Part shown: positions 13,837-24,950 of the stretch, piece by piece | Layout of the letters: each line of letters opens with the position of its first letter | Numbering within the stretch: the stretch's first letter is position 1 | Assembly (NCBI GenBank): GCA_965153355.1 | Contig: OZ231126.1 | Span: 48,298,001-48,362,000 of the forward strand | Source: Flaccisagitta enflata | Taxonomy: Eukaryota | DNA: 64,000 nucleotides | Reading direction: 5' to 3' | The notes under the pieces: generated by a model | Database searches by the model: none | Told to the model about the DNA's origin: nothing | Seen by the model: only the letters and a program-made list of their open reading frames with translations | Translations under genes and position numbers: made by a program

Positions 13837-16672
13837 AAGTGGTGAAAACATTTCATTGATTTTCCGACTCCTCTTACTTTTCGCGGCAATCACAACAAAT
13901 CTTACCGTTGCCTCCCACAACCTTCACAGTTTCAGAAAAACATCCCAATTCCATAAAGAATGCATCGAGAAGTATCCAGGTGTATGGCTTGGCCAAGAAA
14001 CTTGGTTAGCCGAAAAGCAATTATCAAGTCTTTCAAGCCTCGGCGTTCAATACTTTGCGCGCAGTGGGATGGAAGAGACAGTCTCAAACAGGATCTACCG
14101 AGGCCGTCCTTTTGGAGGCATTTGCATTGCATGGTCTCCTCACCTCAATCATGCCATCAAGCCTCTGACCAATTACAAACATCACAGAGTTGTAGGTATT
14201 GAGCTTCAGGCCACACCATCGCCTATCATTATCGCTTCCATCTACATGCCATACTTTAACTCAGCCAAACGCCAAGAGTGCATACTAGAAACGATTGATG
14301 CTATCAGCATATTGCAGACAATCATTGAGGATCACCCTCACCACAGTTTCATAATCGGTGGTGATTTGAACACCGAGTTAAATGGCAGTTCTTCTTTTGA
14401 TCCGATTTGGTTTGATTTCATATCAAAATACAAATTACAACTATGCGATAATCTTGTCTCAAGCCAAATCAACTACACTTATTCACACGATTCCCTGAAT
14501 CAAAGAAAATGGAACGACCATTTCATAGTGTCAGAGAATTTGATTTCATCTACATCAAACCATACCATATTGGAAGATGGCGCGGATCCCTCCGATCACT
14601 TACCAATCATGATGCAGCTACAAACCACCATCAATACAGTGCCGCCGGTGTCACCTAATGCAGCTAGGGTTCCCACACTCAAATGGGAAAAATGCAGCGA
14701 GGAACAAACTCGTTCGTATACCGAGCGATTAAATAATTCCATTTTGCAAGATCACAGTAGACTGACTCAGTGTCAAACTTGCCATTGTCAGAATCCTATG
14801 TGCATTTCGTCAATCCAGCAGGAATACGATACTCTTATTTGCCATGTCAAGCATGCCGATGAAGTCCTTCCACGTTTCAAGCCGGGGATTGCTAAATGCT
14901 GGTGGTCGTCGGAATTGAGTCAACTGAAACAAAAGAGTATGGAAATAACCGAAATTTGGAAAAGGGAAGGTCGTCCTAAGAATGGCCCGACCAACAAAGA
15001 GAGACTCTGCGTTCGTGCTGCTTATCGGAGAGAAATAAAACAAGCTCGTTGTTCATCTAATCAGAAAAATTGGGACAAAATGCATGAGCAACTTGCCAAC
15101 AAAGAGACTGATAGTTTCTGGAAGTCATGGAAAAAGCTCCACAATAATAGTGGAACTCATTTGCATCCTGTTGTAAATGGTGTCTCGTCTAAAGAAGGAA
15201 TTGCAAGATCTTTCAAAGAACATTTTCAGAAGCACTCTAAACCCAATGATTCCTCACGTGTCAATGAGCTGAATGACCAGTTTTCCATGAAATACAATGA
15301 ATACAAAAGTAATCATACCTCAGATTGCAACTGCAATCAATACACCGCATCCCTTCACACTGTCATTGAATCAGTTTTCTCGATGAAAAGTGGAAAATCA
15401 GGTGACGATGACGGCATTTTTGCAGAGCATTTTTTCAACGCTCCATTTTCCTTCTTCCAACGTCTCCATTCTCTTATAAATGCCATGTTGAGACATGGGT
15501 ATGTTCCAGTGCAATTTCGTTATGGAACGATTGTGCCATTAGTCAAAGATCATCAGGGCAATTTAGGCGACGTTGACAACTATCGCGGGATAACGATGTC
15601 ACCCATCACATCCAAAATCTTGGAGCACTCTCTCAGATTAATATTCTCCGATTTCCTTACCACATCTAAATTCCAATTTGGATTCAAGCGCAATTCATCA
15701 ACGACGAATGCAATTTTCTGCCTTAAAGAAACAGTAAATTACTACTGCGAGCGCGGGAGCAATGTCTTCTGTTCCTTCCTCGATGCGTCAAAGGCTTTTG
15801 ACCGGCTCGTTCATGCCGGTCTCTACTTAAAGTTACTCTCTCGGAAAATACCTTTACTTTTCATTGAGATAATCGTCAACTGGTACAATGAGCTTTACTG
15901 CCGTGTTCGATGGGACGACTGCTACAGTGACTGGTTTAGAATCATTGCAGGAGTCCGTCAAGGAGGCATTCTGTCACCGGATTTTTATTCCGTGTATGTA
16001 GATGACCTCATCGAAATTCTATCCAAGCTTAATGTGGGATGCCATACACGCGGAGCATTTGTGTCAGCGCTTCTTTACGCCGATGACATGGCATTACTGT
16101 CACCTTCGTTAAAGGGTCTCCAAAAGCTTCTAATTGCCTGCGACAGTTTCTGCAAACAGTGGGACATTTGCCTTAATCCCAAAAAAACCAAGAACATGTG
16201 CTTTGGTCGTCGTCATGCAAATCTTTGCAAACTGCAACTGAATGGCTGCGACATTGAATGGATCGAGTCCTGGCCATATCTCGGCATCACTCTACGTTCC
16301 GGACCAAAATTTGGTTGCTGCATTTCTGAGAAAATTCGGAAATTCTACCGTGCTGCTAATGGCATATTTCGCATCGAAGGCCGCGCAAATGATTTGCTGA
16401 CTCTCCGCCTCATCGAATCTCACTGCATTCCCATATTGACGTATGGAATCGAAGTGATCTACGTTGCCGACCAAGACACGCGCCGGCAGCTCAGAGTGGC
16501 CTATAACTCTGTTTTTCGTCGGATTTTCTCTTATCGCCCATGGCAATCAGTGAGAGAATTACAATCGTTTCTCTCCCGTCCCAACTGGGAAGAATTGCTC
16601 GAGTCAAAAACTCAAAAATTCACTCGAAGAATTCGCGACAATGCTCAACTCAGCGCCATATTTATGAATTGA
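13649..16672 (+). CDS. LINE ORF2: apurinic-like endonuclease plus reverse transcriptase (1007 aa)
   Basis: APE motifs QETW, GRPFGG, GGDLN, DH, SDHLPI. RT motifs NYRGIT, QFGFK, FLDASKAFD, GVRQGGILSP, YADD. No stops or frameshifts. Confidence 0.95.
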   Translation: MWKYEMFLSLPPKSKAQSQPKSESILVTKNESRIDLSGQRIFESKIGFTGQNRPEARTKARSKSGENISLIFRLLLLFAAITTNLTVASHNLHSFRKTSQFHKECIEKYPGVWLGQETWLAEKQLSSLSSLGVQYFARSGMEETVSNRIYRGRPFGGICIAWSPHLNHAIKPLTNYKHHRVVGIELQATPSPIIIASIYMPYFNSAKRQECILETIDAISILQTIIEDHPHHSFIIGGDLNTELNGSSSFDPIWFDFISKYKLQLCDNLVSSQINYTYSHDSLNQRKWNDHFIVSENLISSTSNHTILEDGADPSDHLPIMMQLQTTINTVPPVSPNAARVPTLKWEKCSEEQTRSYTERLNNSILQDHSRLTQCQTCHCQNPMCISSIQQEYDTLICHVKHADEVLPRFKPGIAKCWWSSELSQLKQKSMEITEIWKREGRPKNGPTNKERLCVRAAYRREIKQARCSSNQKNWDKMHEQLANKETDSFWKSWKKLHNNSGTHLHPVVNGVSSKEGIARSFKEHFQKHSKPNDSSRVNELNDQFSMKYNEYKSNHTSDCNCNQYTASLHTVIESVFSMKSGKSGDDDGIFAEHFFNAPFSFFQRLHSLINAMLRHGYVPVQFRYGTIVPLVKDHQGNLGDVDNYRGITMSPITSKILEHSLRLIFSDFLTTSKFQFGFKRNSSTTNAIFCLKETVNYYCERGSNVFCSFLDASKAFDRLVHAGLYLKLLSRKIPLLFIEIIVNWYNELYCRVRWDDCYSDWFRIIAGVRQGGILSPDFYSVYVDDLIEILSKLNVGCHTRGAFVSALLYADDMALLSPSLKGLQKLLIACDSFCKQWDICLNPKKTKNMCFGRRHANLCKLQLNGCDIEWIESWPYLGITLRSGPKFGCCISEKIRKFYRAANGIFRIEGRANDLLTLRLIESHCIPILTYGIEVIYVADQDTRRQLRVAYNSVFRRIFSYRPWQSVRELQSFLSRPNWEELLESKTQKFTRRIRDNAQLSAIFMN

Positions 16673-17040
16673 CCAATCTCATCGCTTTGTTGATTTGATT
16701 CTTGTTGGTCTTGTTTGTTTTTCGCTTATTTTATGTTTGTTTTGCAATATTTTTGCTCTTTCTCGTCTTGCTACATTTTCAAATGTGAATAAATCGATTA
16801 TTATACCTCATTACATTTTTGAAGAGCCTCCCCTCAAAACTTATCAGCTTTAAAAAAACTTACTAATAAAACCGTCAAGATAAAAGTCTTTACAAAATGT
16901 TACAATATCAAAACGCTTGTCTAAAAAGACCCGAGCGTCAGACTTACGCAATTTTCAAGACGCTTATTTAGCCAAATTTTTGTTTGGGTTTCGATTCTAT
17001 GACGTTTTAGACATATTCGTGGTCAAAGTATCTTTCGAGA

Positions 17041-20000
17041 GCTGAAGCTGGGCGGTTTGAAAGCGGCTCAACGCGGCCAATCGCGGCAATGCGCTAGTCT
17101 TGGCGTATTCTTCTCCTTCGCTTACGGCAGTGGCGATGCGTGTAACAGAGTGCGATCTTAATTGCAGGATGGCATGTTAACAGCTGCGGTATTATCAAAC
17201 TACAGGCAAATATGAAATGGCGACCTCCAGCCAGCTTCTTCACCGCGATCTCTGCTGATGGATGGCTTCAAGCGTTGCGCGAATGGTGTGACGACCTCAC
17301 CCAAATATTGCAGATGGCATCGTGGAGTTGCTGCTGGTGAGTTGGCGGCTGTCATGAGCGTCGCCAGACAACCGCAATCGCGCGGCGCTGTCGATTTCGG
17401 CGCATGTTGAGATTGTTATCGACGCAATGCTTCACCTCCTGATGACTCTTGGAAAACGTAAGCCATGCTTATGGCGAGCTGTTCACGCTGGCGCTCGCTT
17501 TCAGTAGTCGTCGGGTGTGAATGGCACCCTACGTTGATGTGCGCGGCGGGTCGATCGCGTCCCACTCTCCAGGCTGCATTCAGCAGTTCTGCGGCGTCAG
17601 TTTGCACAGCGTGCCAATCTGCTTGTGAAGCTCTGTCGTGTTCTCTTTCCCTGCAGATATATCGACGGCGTGGAAATAGGTGCGCTTCGTGAGCATCTGT
17701 CGAGGCGTCTCCTGGAATTGCGCCAGACACGGCGCACTGTATGCTGCCTTGATGTGGTGCCTGACGTCGATGTCTCAGATTGCGAACGTGTAATCTGCTG
17801 GCTCGATTCGTCAACCGTGTTGAAGCGACATTTCAAATTTGAACGCGCAATGTTTATAGTCAATTAACCGGTATCCATACGCTATAGCTGGGCGTTAACT
17901 GCGCGCATTCTGCGTCGCTAACTCTGATAGCGGCGTAAATGGGCGATCGAATTGTCGATGAAAAGTTTCGCGTTCGTCTGCCGTGAAGGATAGCGATCTG
18001 CCAACCGCCGCGCGGAATCTCGGTTTGGCGACGATGCGTAGGGAGAAACGGCGGCGTTGAAGTGGCGTCTTCATGGCTTCGTCTGTCGTAGCGGTCAGCT
18101 CCGCCGTCATCACGTTTATCGTCGACAAAAGCGTATTCAGCGTGCGGAACTGGGAAGATCGCCCGCGATTAGCGGTGATGGCGGAATGACACTGGTGATG
18201 GCGGCGTCATTTGCCTTGATAAGCTGCGTGTCTACAAGTAACGCTATCTCAGGTGAATCGCTGATTAATTGTTGGACCCGCTATATCGCACGTGATCCAT
18301 CGCGCGCGCGCGCATCTATGCGTGCGCAGTGCTGGTGGAAGATGTTCAGAGTGTGGCCAAGTGGCGATGGGTGATGGTTGATATAACCTGTTTCTTTGCG
18401 CTCTCTCTTCCTCATATTTCGCCTTTCCTCTTCTTCTCTTCATCGCTACGCCCGGCGTGCTCTTCCTCCATCTCTTCGCTCGCGTCTCCTGACCCTGCAT
18501 GCTCCTTCTTTCCTCCTCTGCTCCTCTCCTTCCGCTGTGGCTCAACTCTTTCTCTCTCCTCTTTCTCTCTTTCCTGTGCGTCTTACTTCCAGGGTGCGTC
18601 ACTCGCACTCCTCATGTCGCTCATCGTGTGCTGCAGCCTCGCCTGCCAAAGCACAGCTTCAGCGGACCGTTGTCTTCCTCCTCTCACCATACAACCATCT
18701 CTCCTTCGCCTTCTTTCTGCCGGCGATCCCGGCCCGTATTATCTGTCGAGCAGTAGCGGCTGCGTCCTGCGCGATGTTAAGCCGTCAGCTGCAAGCTCGC
18801 GTTGTTGAATACGGGTCGTGGCGAATCTACGTGACTGCGGCGTGCTCTCTGCGCCACCAGCGTGACGGTGGCGTCGTTGACGAGACGGCGATGCGCCGCA
18901 TCGCGTCTGCTGGCGTCTCTGTCGCCGTCAGCGAGATTGACAACCTTAGCATATTGAAAGATGCTTGTGTGGAAAAGTGCCGCCAGCGGCGCGGAAGAAG
19001 GTTGGCGGCGCGTCGGCATTCGGCCACTGACATTCCATCGGCGTCATCCGCCTTCATCGTCTCTGGCCCGACAGAAGCAGCGACACCGCTGGCGTCTGGC
19101 GAAAATTCCAAGACTATGCGTATTTCTGGCGTCTTCTCCTTTAGCTGAATTATGAAGCGGCGGCGTTGTGGCGTGCTCGCTGCCATTGAATTTGCTGCTT
19201 CACGTACCGGCGGGCAGAAAGTAAAATCTCTCCGCGTCTTCGCGTAAGCGACTCAGACCGAGGTGACAATATGTCGTGTGGGCGTGAAGCGGCCATCATT
19301 TTCCGGTCTCGTGACAAAGTCGTGAATATAGTGGTAAATGCGGCAAAAGGCTAAGTGCGAACAAAAATGCATCGTGAAACATGATTAATCCCACAATTCC
19401 GGCATACTTCCATCAAGAACTTGCCAGCATAATAGTGGCGCTATGCTTGTATGTGCGCGTAATACTGCATCGTAAATATCGGCGATTTTAACGCCGGCGT
19501 AAGCGTCGCGGCGTGCGTAAGCCTTTAAGTAATCATGAAATACGAGATCCGATGCATCATAAACGACGTCAAGCGTAACGGCATGAATCGATGAAGACAC
19601 TCTTCGTTATTAGACATGGCGAAATGGCTGCTCAGCGTCGGCACGATGGCGTGTGTGGCGGTCGATATCGACCAAGCATTGCGTGTCGTGATGAACATTC
19701 CACGAATTGAGCGTTAGCATCTGGTTTTCTTTAGCAAACTCTGATAAGCTGACTCCGGGAACTTTCATAGCGTAGGCTACACTAATTGGAAACGTTGAAT
19801 AATGATCGGACAATCGCGAATCATCTGTCGTGAGTATCTGACGGACGAAAAAGGAAGAGCAGGACAGAAAATACTGCATCAATGAAGGTCTCTGTATGGC
19901 ATATAAAATCAGGAACTACACCAGATGTTGTCGAAAGCGATTTCAATCTAAAGTAAAGGCAAGCGAAAGCATCAAAATGAGTCTTAACTGGTCGTGAGTC

Positions 20001-20760
20001 GAATGTCGTAGAAGTCGAGCTACGCTAACCTGGGAATAACAAAGTCGTCGAAAGCATCACGGGCTGGAAGGTGACGGCGGCAGTGAAGTAATGATGTAGA
20101 CCGTCCGCGGCGTGGAAGTCGATAAGAGGGTCGAAGTCTTTCTCCTCTAAGCGGTGAGGGGCCACAATCATCAATCTCAGCCGGAGAATCGCTTCGGCGC
20201 GGTCTCTCGCCGTGCGAGATCTCTCTCGCTTCTTCTCGATTTCCTCCGCTCTGTCGGCAGGCGATGCTGAATTTTCAGCGGCGCTGCTATATTCTTCGGA
20301 TCCGCGATGACTGCATCGATCGAGCTTCGTGACCTGAAATGGTGAAGCTAGAATGTCGCAGGGGATGAATAGGGCAGGAAGGATGGAAAGACGGATGTGA
20401 AGCGCTGGGTCACTGCAAAAGGTTTACCGACGCAGGCGACTGACTGACCGTCAAGGTGATGTACAGCGTATAATGGCAAGTTTCGAGGCTATCGCTGTCC
20501 ATCTCATATGCGCGAAAGCTAGTCATCAGCGCGAGCCCGCTACTAACTGGCTAATTGTAATTATGATGAAATCTGACAAACGATGATGAGTCAGCTAACC
20601 GCAGGCTGTGAATTATTCGTGGTATCCTCAGCACTGATAACAACCGCAAATCTTTCTCGCGGAACCAGGTCGAAGTCTCTGTCGCAATGTCATCTTCGCC
20701 AACTAATCATGCCATAGTGATAAAGGGAAATGGCGACCACCTCTCTCAGGCGCGTCGTCG
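17041..20760 (-). pseudogene. Decayed CpG-rich protein-coding relic of unknown family
   Basis: Sharp compositional block with no microsatellites or HINEs. Protein-like minus-strand frames are broken by stops and frameshifts (e.g. IDYKHCAFKFEMSLQHG*RIEPADYTFAI*DIDVRHHIKAAY; DVVYDASDLVFHDYLKAYARRDAYAGVKIADIYDAVL). Candidate exon 20333-20030 and 82-nt GT..TTTAG intron 20029-19948. The right boundary is approximate. Confidence 0.55.
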
Positions 20761-20934
20761 CTAATATAATATCTTAATGGTCATCTTTATGACCTGGCGT
20801 TCATCGATAAAACATTGTTATATTTCAAAAACAAAACCAATATATCTACAAAGTCTTTGTCTTTATCTTTCTTTCTACCACCCCATTAGCAACAACAACA
20901 ACAGCAACAGCTAACAACTGTTATTAACAACGGC

Positions 20935-21009
<75 letters not shown>

Positions 21010-21709
21010 GCAACCGCTTCATCGCATTGTCATTAGTGTAGATTAGGCTAATCATTAGCTTTTTTTTCCCTTCACCCGGAAAAATATGGACTCATTGGAT
21101 TCGATATTTTGCTGTGCTAATTTTTGGTTATTTTCTCGGAATTCTTTTTAAAAGGAAAAAAAAGTATTAAAAAAAATTGATAACGTTTTTGAGTTTTGCC
21201 TGCGTCACACCACGCCACGCTTTCGCTACGCCATCGCCACGCAATCGCCACGCTATCGCCACGCAATCGCCATCGCCATTGCCTTACGCCACCGATCGGA
21301 TTACGTTCTCATTCTCTCTTCCAACGCGACGCATAAAATATAGAATAAACAACATGGATTAGCAACACATAGATTAAAAACCTTTAGATTGACAACACAT
21401 GAATTAAAAACGTATGGATTAAGTGTAGATAAAAAGAAATACATAAGTGATAAAACCGCGCCAGCATTATTCTTCTGTTTTGGATACTATCATTGCCCAG
21501 CTGTTGATTTTTTTTCTCTCTGCAGTTAATGCAGTGCTAATAACACAACCTCAATATTTTTATTTTGCCTATGTACATGTTCTTACTAAATTACGTACTC
21601 TGCTTGTCAAACGTTTATGGATCGCCCAAATAAACCAAAACCAATAAATGTCGACAAAAGAAAAAGTGGAATATAGGTAAAATTTTTATTCAACATCGAC
21701 AACAACTGC

Positions 21710-21806
<97 letters not shown>

Positions 21807-21874
21807 CGAATATTTCAATATCTTAATCCACGCCCTCCTTCATAAATATTGATTATTGTTTCTTCACCTATAAA

Positions 21875-22285
21875 ATCGGATTAATGTCTCGTTCTTCTTC
21901 GTCTTTTTACCGGATCTCCTATTTGCTACTCCTTCGTCTCTTCTCCGTCTTCCATATTTGGATTATCATCTCAAATCACTTCGTCTTCTTACTCGAATTA
22001 CCCTTTTGTTACTTCTTCATCTTTGCTTCCTCGTCGGGATTATCACCGCTTACCTTTCTTCCTATACGGCTATTCCTTCTGTTAAGCCTTTGTCTCCTAT
22101 GTCTTCAATAATTGGATTATCGCGTCAAATCTTGTTGTCTTTCTACATGACTTCCCCTTTGTCTTCCTAATTTGGATTATAGTTTCAAATCTCGTCGTCC
22201 TTCTACATGATTTCCCCCTCGTCTTCCTAATTTGGATTATAGTCTCAAATCTTGTTGTCTGCCGGCCCGACTTTCCCCTATGTTA
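21875..22285. repeat. Degenerate ~60-bp minisatellite
   Basis: Recurring TTGGATTATAGTCTCAAATCTTGTTGTCTTTCTACATGACTTCCCC-like units. Confidence 0.7.
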
Positions 22286-22507
22286 ATCTTTCATCTCCGA
22301 AATTCACAATCGACACCAGCAGTAGCTTTTACATCATTAATACCAACAACCAATAACCGGGAACAACAACAACAAAAAGAAAAACACTAGCCATCACCAC
22401 AAACAACTGACAAGAAAAAACAACAACGCAACAACAGCATCAACAACTCCTAACAAAACCAAAAACCAAAGCAAAAACAACAGCAACAAAAACAGCAACA
22501 AAAATAA

Positions 22508-22542
<35 letters not shown>

Positions 22543-22687
22543 GAACAACAACAACAACAACAACAACAACTAAAACAATTACCCCCAAAGACAACAACAA
22601 CAACAGGCAGCAGCAAACAACAGCAACGCTGCCAACAACAACAACAACCAACGTAATTTCTTCTTTCTTTCTTTCTTTCTTTCTTTC

Positions 22688-22725
<38 letters not shown>

Positions 22726-22747
22726 AGTTGTTCTACAACCAACAGCG

Positions 22748-23716
22748 ATGGCATCTTCATCATCTTCGGCGCCTCCAAGCGAGGATATCGACGGCGCCGT
22801 TTCCACATCGGCGACGCCGACGCCTTCCGCTTCTGCTTCCGCTTTGACGCAACAAAGAATCCGGCGTCTTTCCGGATCTTCGACCGGCGGCAAATCGACG
22901 CCGCGTCGTAACGTCAATGGCAACGTTAACGGCGGCGGCGGTGGCGACGGCGGCGGCGGTGGCAACTCAGGCGGCAGCGGTATCGGCTGCACGCCAGGAA
23001 GCAGCGGCAACAGCGGAAATAGTTTCGTCGTGCGTCGAGAAACCATGATATCCACGCCGCCAATTTGGATGGAAAGCGGCGCCGTTTTAGACGGCGCCGG
23101 CGCCAACTCTGCCGCCCATGCCGCTTCCGCTGCAGCGTGGCGTGAAAGTGGCGCCACCGGCGTTGTAATGGCGTCCGGTGGTGTTTGGGACATCCCGACA
23201 GAAGCTGGAATCGATGGTGTCGATCCGGCGATGGCTGCTGCTGCGGCGGCGGCGGCAGCGGCCTCGTCATCTCCTCCTCCTCTTCATCCTTATTGGGGCG
23301 CGCCTCGACGTCATCCTCATCCTCATCCTCATCCTGGTATGACGTCTCCTCCACGTAGCGGTGGCGCAGTTAGACGTGACGTAGGAGAAGGCGCAATAAG
23401 ACGTGACGCAGTAAGTCATAACGTTATAAACGACGCCGTAGGTCTCATTAGGAATACCAAGGATATCGACAACGTCCACGTCCGCAACGACGAGCATCAT
23501 CATAACCACGACGACGATAACGACGACGACGCCGAAGACGACGATCGGGAATACGCCGACGATGACGACGACGACGACGACGATGTCGATGAAGAGTCCA
23601 TGTTGCCACGCGCAGGAAGTAAAGCCCACAGAGAGGCCAGGGAAAATTTATTGCAAGCGATTCGTGAATGGAATACAAATAGACTGGACCTCTTTGAAAT
23701 ATCCGAACCTAGAGAG
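22748..23716 (+). CDS. AFDN: First coding exon of an afadin/canoe (AF-6) orthologue, with a long low-complexity N-terminal extension
   Basis: The translation ends ...REARENLLQAIREWNTNRLDLFEISEPRE, matching the afadin N-terminus (human RRKLADIIHHWNANRLDLFEISQPTE). It is followed directly by a phase-0 donor GAG|GTGAGT at 23716/23717. An alternative ATG at 23600 gives a canonical-length N-terminus. Confidence 0.9.
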
Positions 23717-23734
23717 GTGAGTACTACATAGTTA

Positions 23735-23873
<139 letters not shown>

Positions 23874-24469
23874 GGAGAAAGAGAAAGGGAGAAAGAGAGA
23901 AAGAGAGAAAGAGAGAAAGAGAGAAAGAGAGAAAGAGAGAGTGGAAGAGAGGAAGAGAGAGAGGGAAAGAGAGAGATATATCAACTGACAGAAGAATTGC
24001 GAGACAAAAACTGTGGCACAGATAGAGACAGCGCAACAGTAAAAAAAAAAGAGGTCAGTAGAGAACAACGTTTTTGGTTTACCGAATGAGAAAATTAAAC
24101 GGTAAGAACACAAAACAAACTGACGGAAGACTAATTCGGAAGATAGAATTTATAATACTTTTAATAAGAAAGGTACTAATTCAACATATTGTGCTTGAAC
24201 AAAAAGGGAATGTTAACCAGCCAATGGAAGGAGTTGCGGACAGACGGACAGATGGACACATCTTTTATTCAGTTGCGACAACGCTTCTAAAAAATTGAGA
24301 AAAACGAAGATTGGGAGATTTGGAAAAGAAGAAAGCACCAGAAACGGACAAACATCAGGAAGCAAAAAAAAAAAAGAGGAAAAGATGAGTCCTTTTGACC
24401 CTATCAAGGGAATCGAAGTTCATTTCTTATGAGAAACTGACCCAAAAGAAAGAAAAAGAGAAATTGAAG

Positions 24470-24950
24470 TCTGACAAAACGGGCACAAGATGTGGCAAGA
24501 GAAGTGACAATGAGTTCAGAGGTGACTTTGGGTGACAATTGAAGGCGAGGAGACCGAGATGTATCAAAAGAAGTGACAATGGGTTCAACTATGACTGTGG
24601 GTGACAATGGATGACAAGAAGATGGAGATGTGGAAAGAGAAGTGACAATGGGTTCAGAGTTGATAATGGGTGACAATGGGTGACAATTGAAGGCGAGGAG
24701 ACCAAGATGTGGCAAGAGAAGTGACAGTGGGTTCAGACGTGATAATGGGTGACAATGGGTGACAATTGAAGGTGAGGAGACCAAGATGTGGCAAGAGAAG
24801 TGACAATGGGTTCAACTATGACTCTGGGTGACAATTGATGACAAGAAGATGGAGATGTGGAAAGAGAAGTGACAATGAGTTCAGACGTGATAATAGGTGA
24901 CAATGGGTGACAATTGAAGTCGAGGAGACCGAGATATGGCAAGACATGAC
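24470..24950. repeat. Minisatellite of 70-80-bp units with a 227-bp higher-order repeat
   Basis: GTGACAATGG-rich units; GGGTTCAACTATGACT recurs at 24581 and 24808. Confidence 0.8.

Larger units (their letters stand above)
11941..16803 (+). mobile_element. Apparently full-length, intact APE-type non-LTR retrotransposon (LINE; clade not settled, RTEX/L2-group-like)
   Basis: ~310-bp 5' UTR after a (CT)n tract, ORF1, ORF2, then a T-rich 3' UTR ending AATAAATCGATTATTA. The 5' boundary is approximate and no TSD was seen. Confidence 0.9.

Noticed and set aside
16804-16815. Similarity of the LINE 3' flank (CTCATTAC) to the Penelope 3' flank (TCATTC) as a common target motif
   Set aside because: Too short and AT-rich to be meaningful.
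18329-19148. Plus-strand ORFs of 159 and 250 aa in the GC-rich block
   Set aside because: Low-complexity Ser/Leu/Arg composition with no motifs; probably antisense shadows of the minus-strand relic.
22579-23193. 204-aa minus-strand ORF overlapping the afadin exon
   Set aside because: Antisense shadow of a GC-rich, triplet-repeat coding exon.
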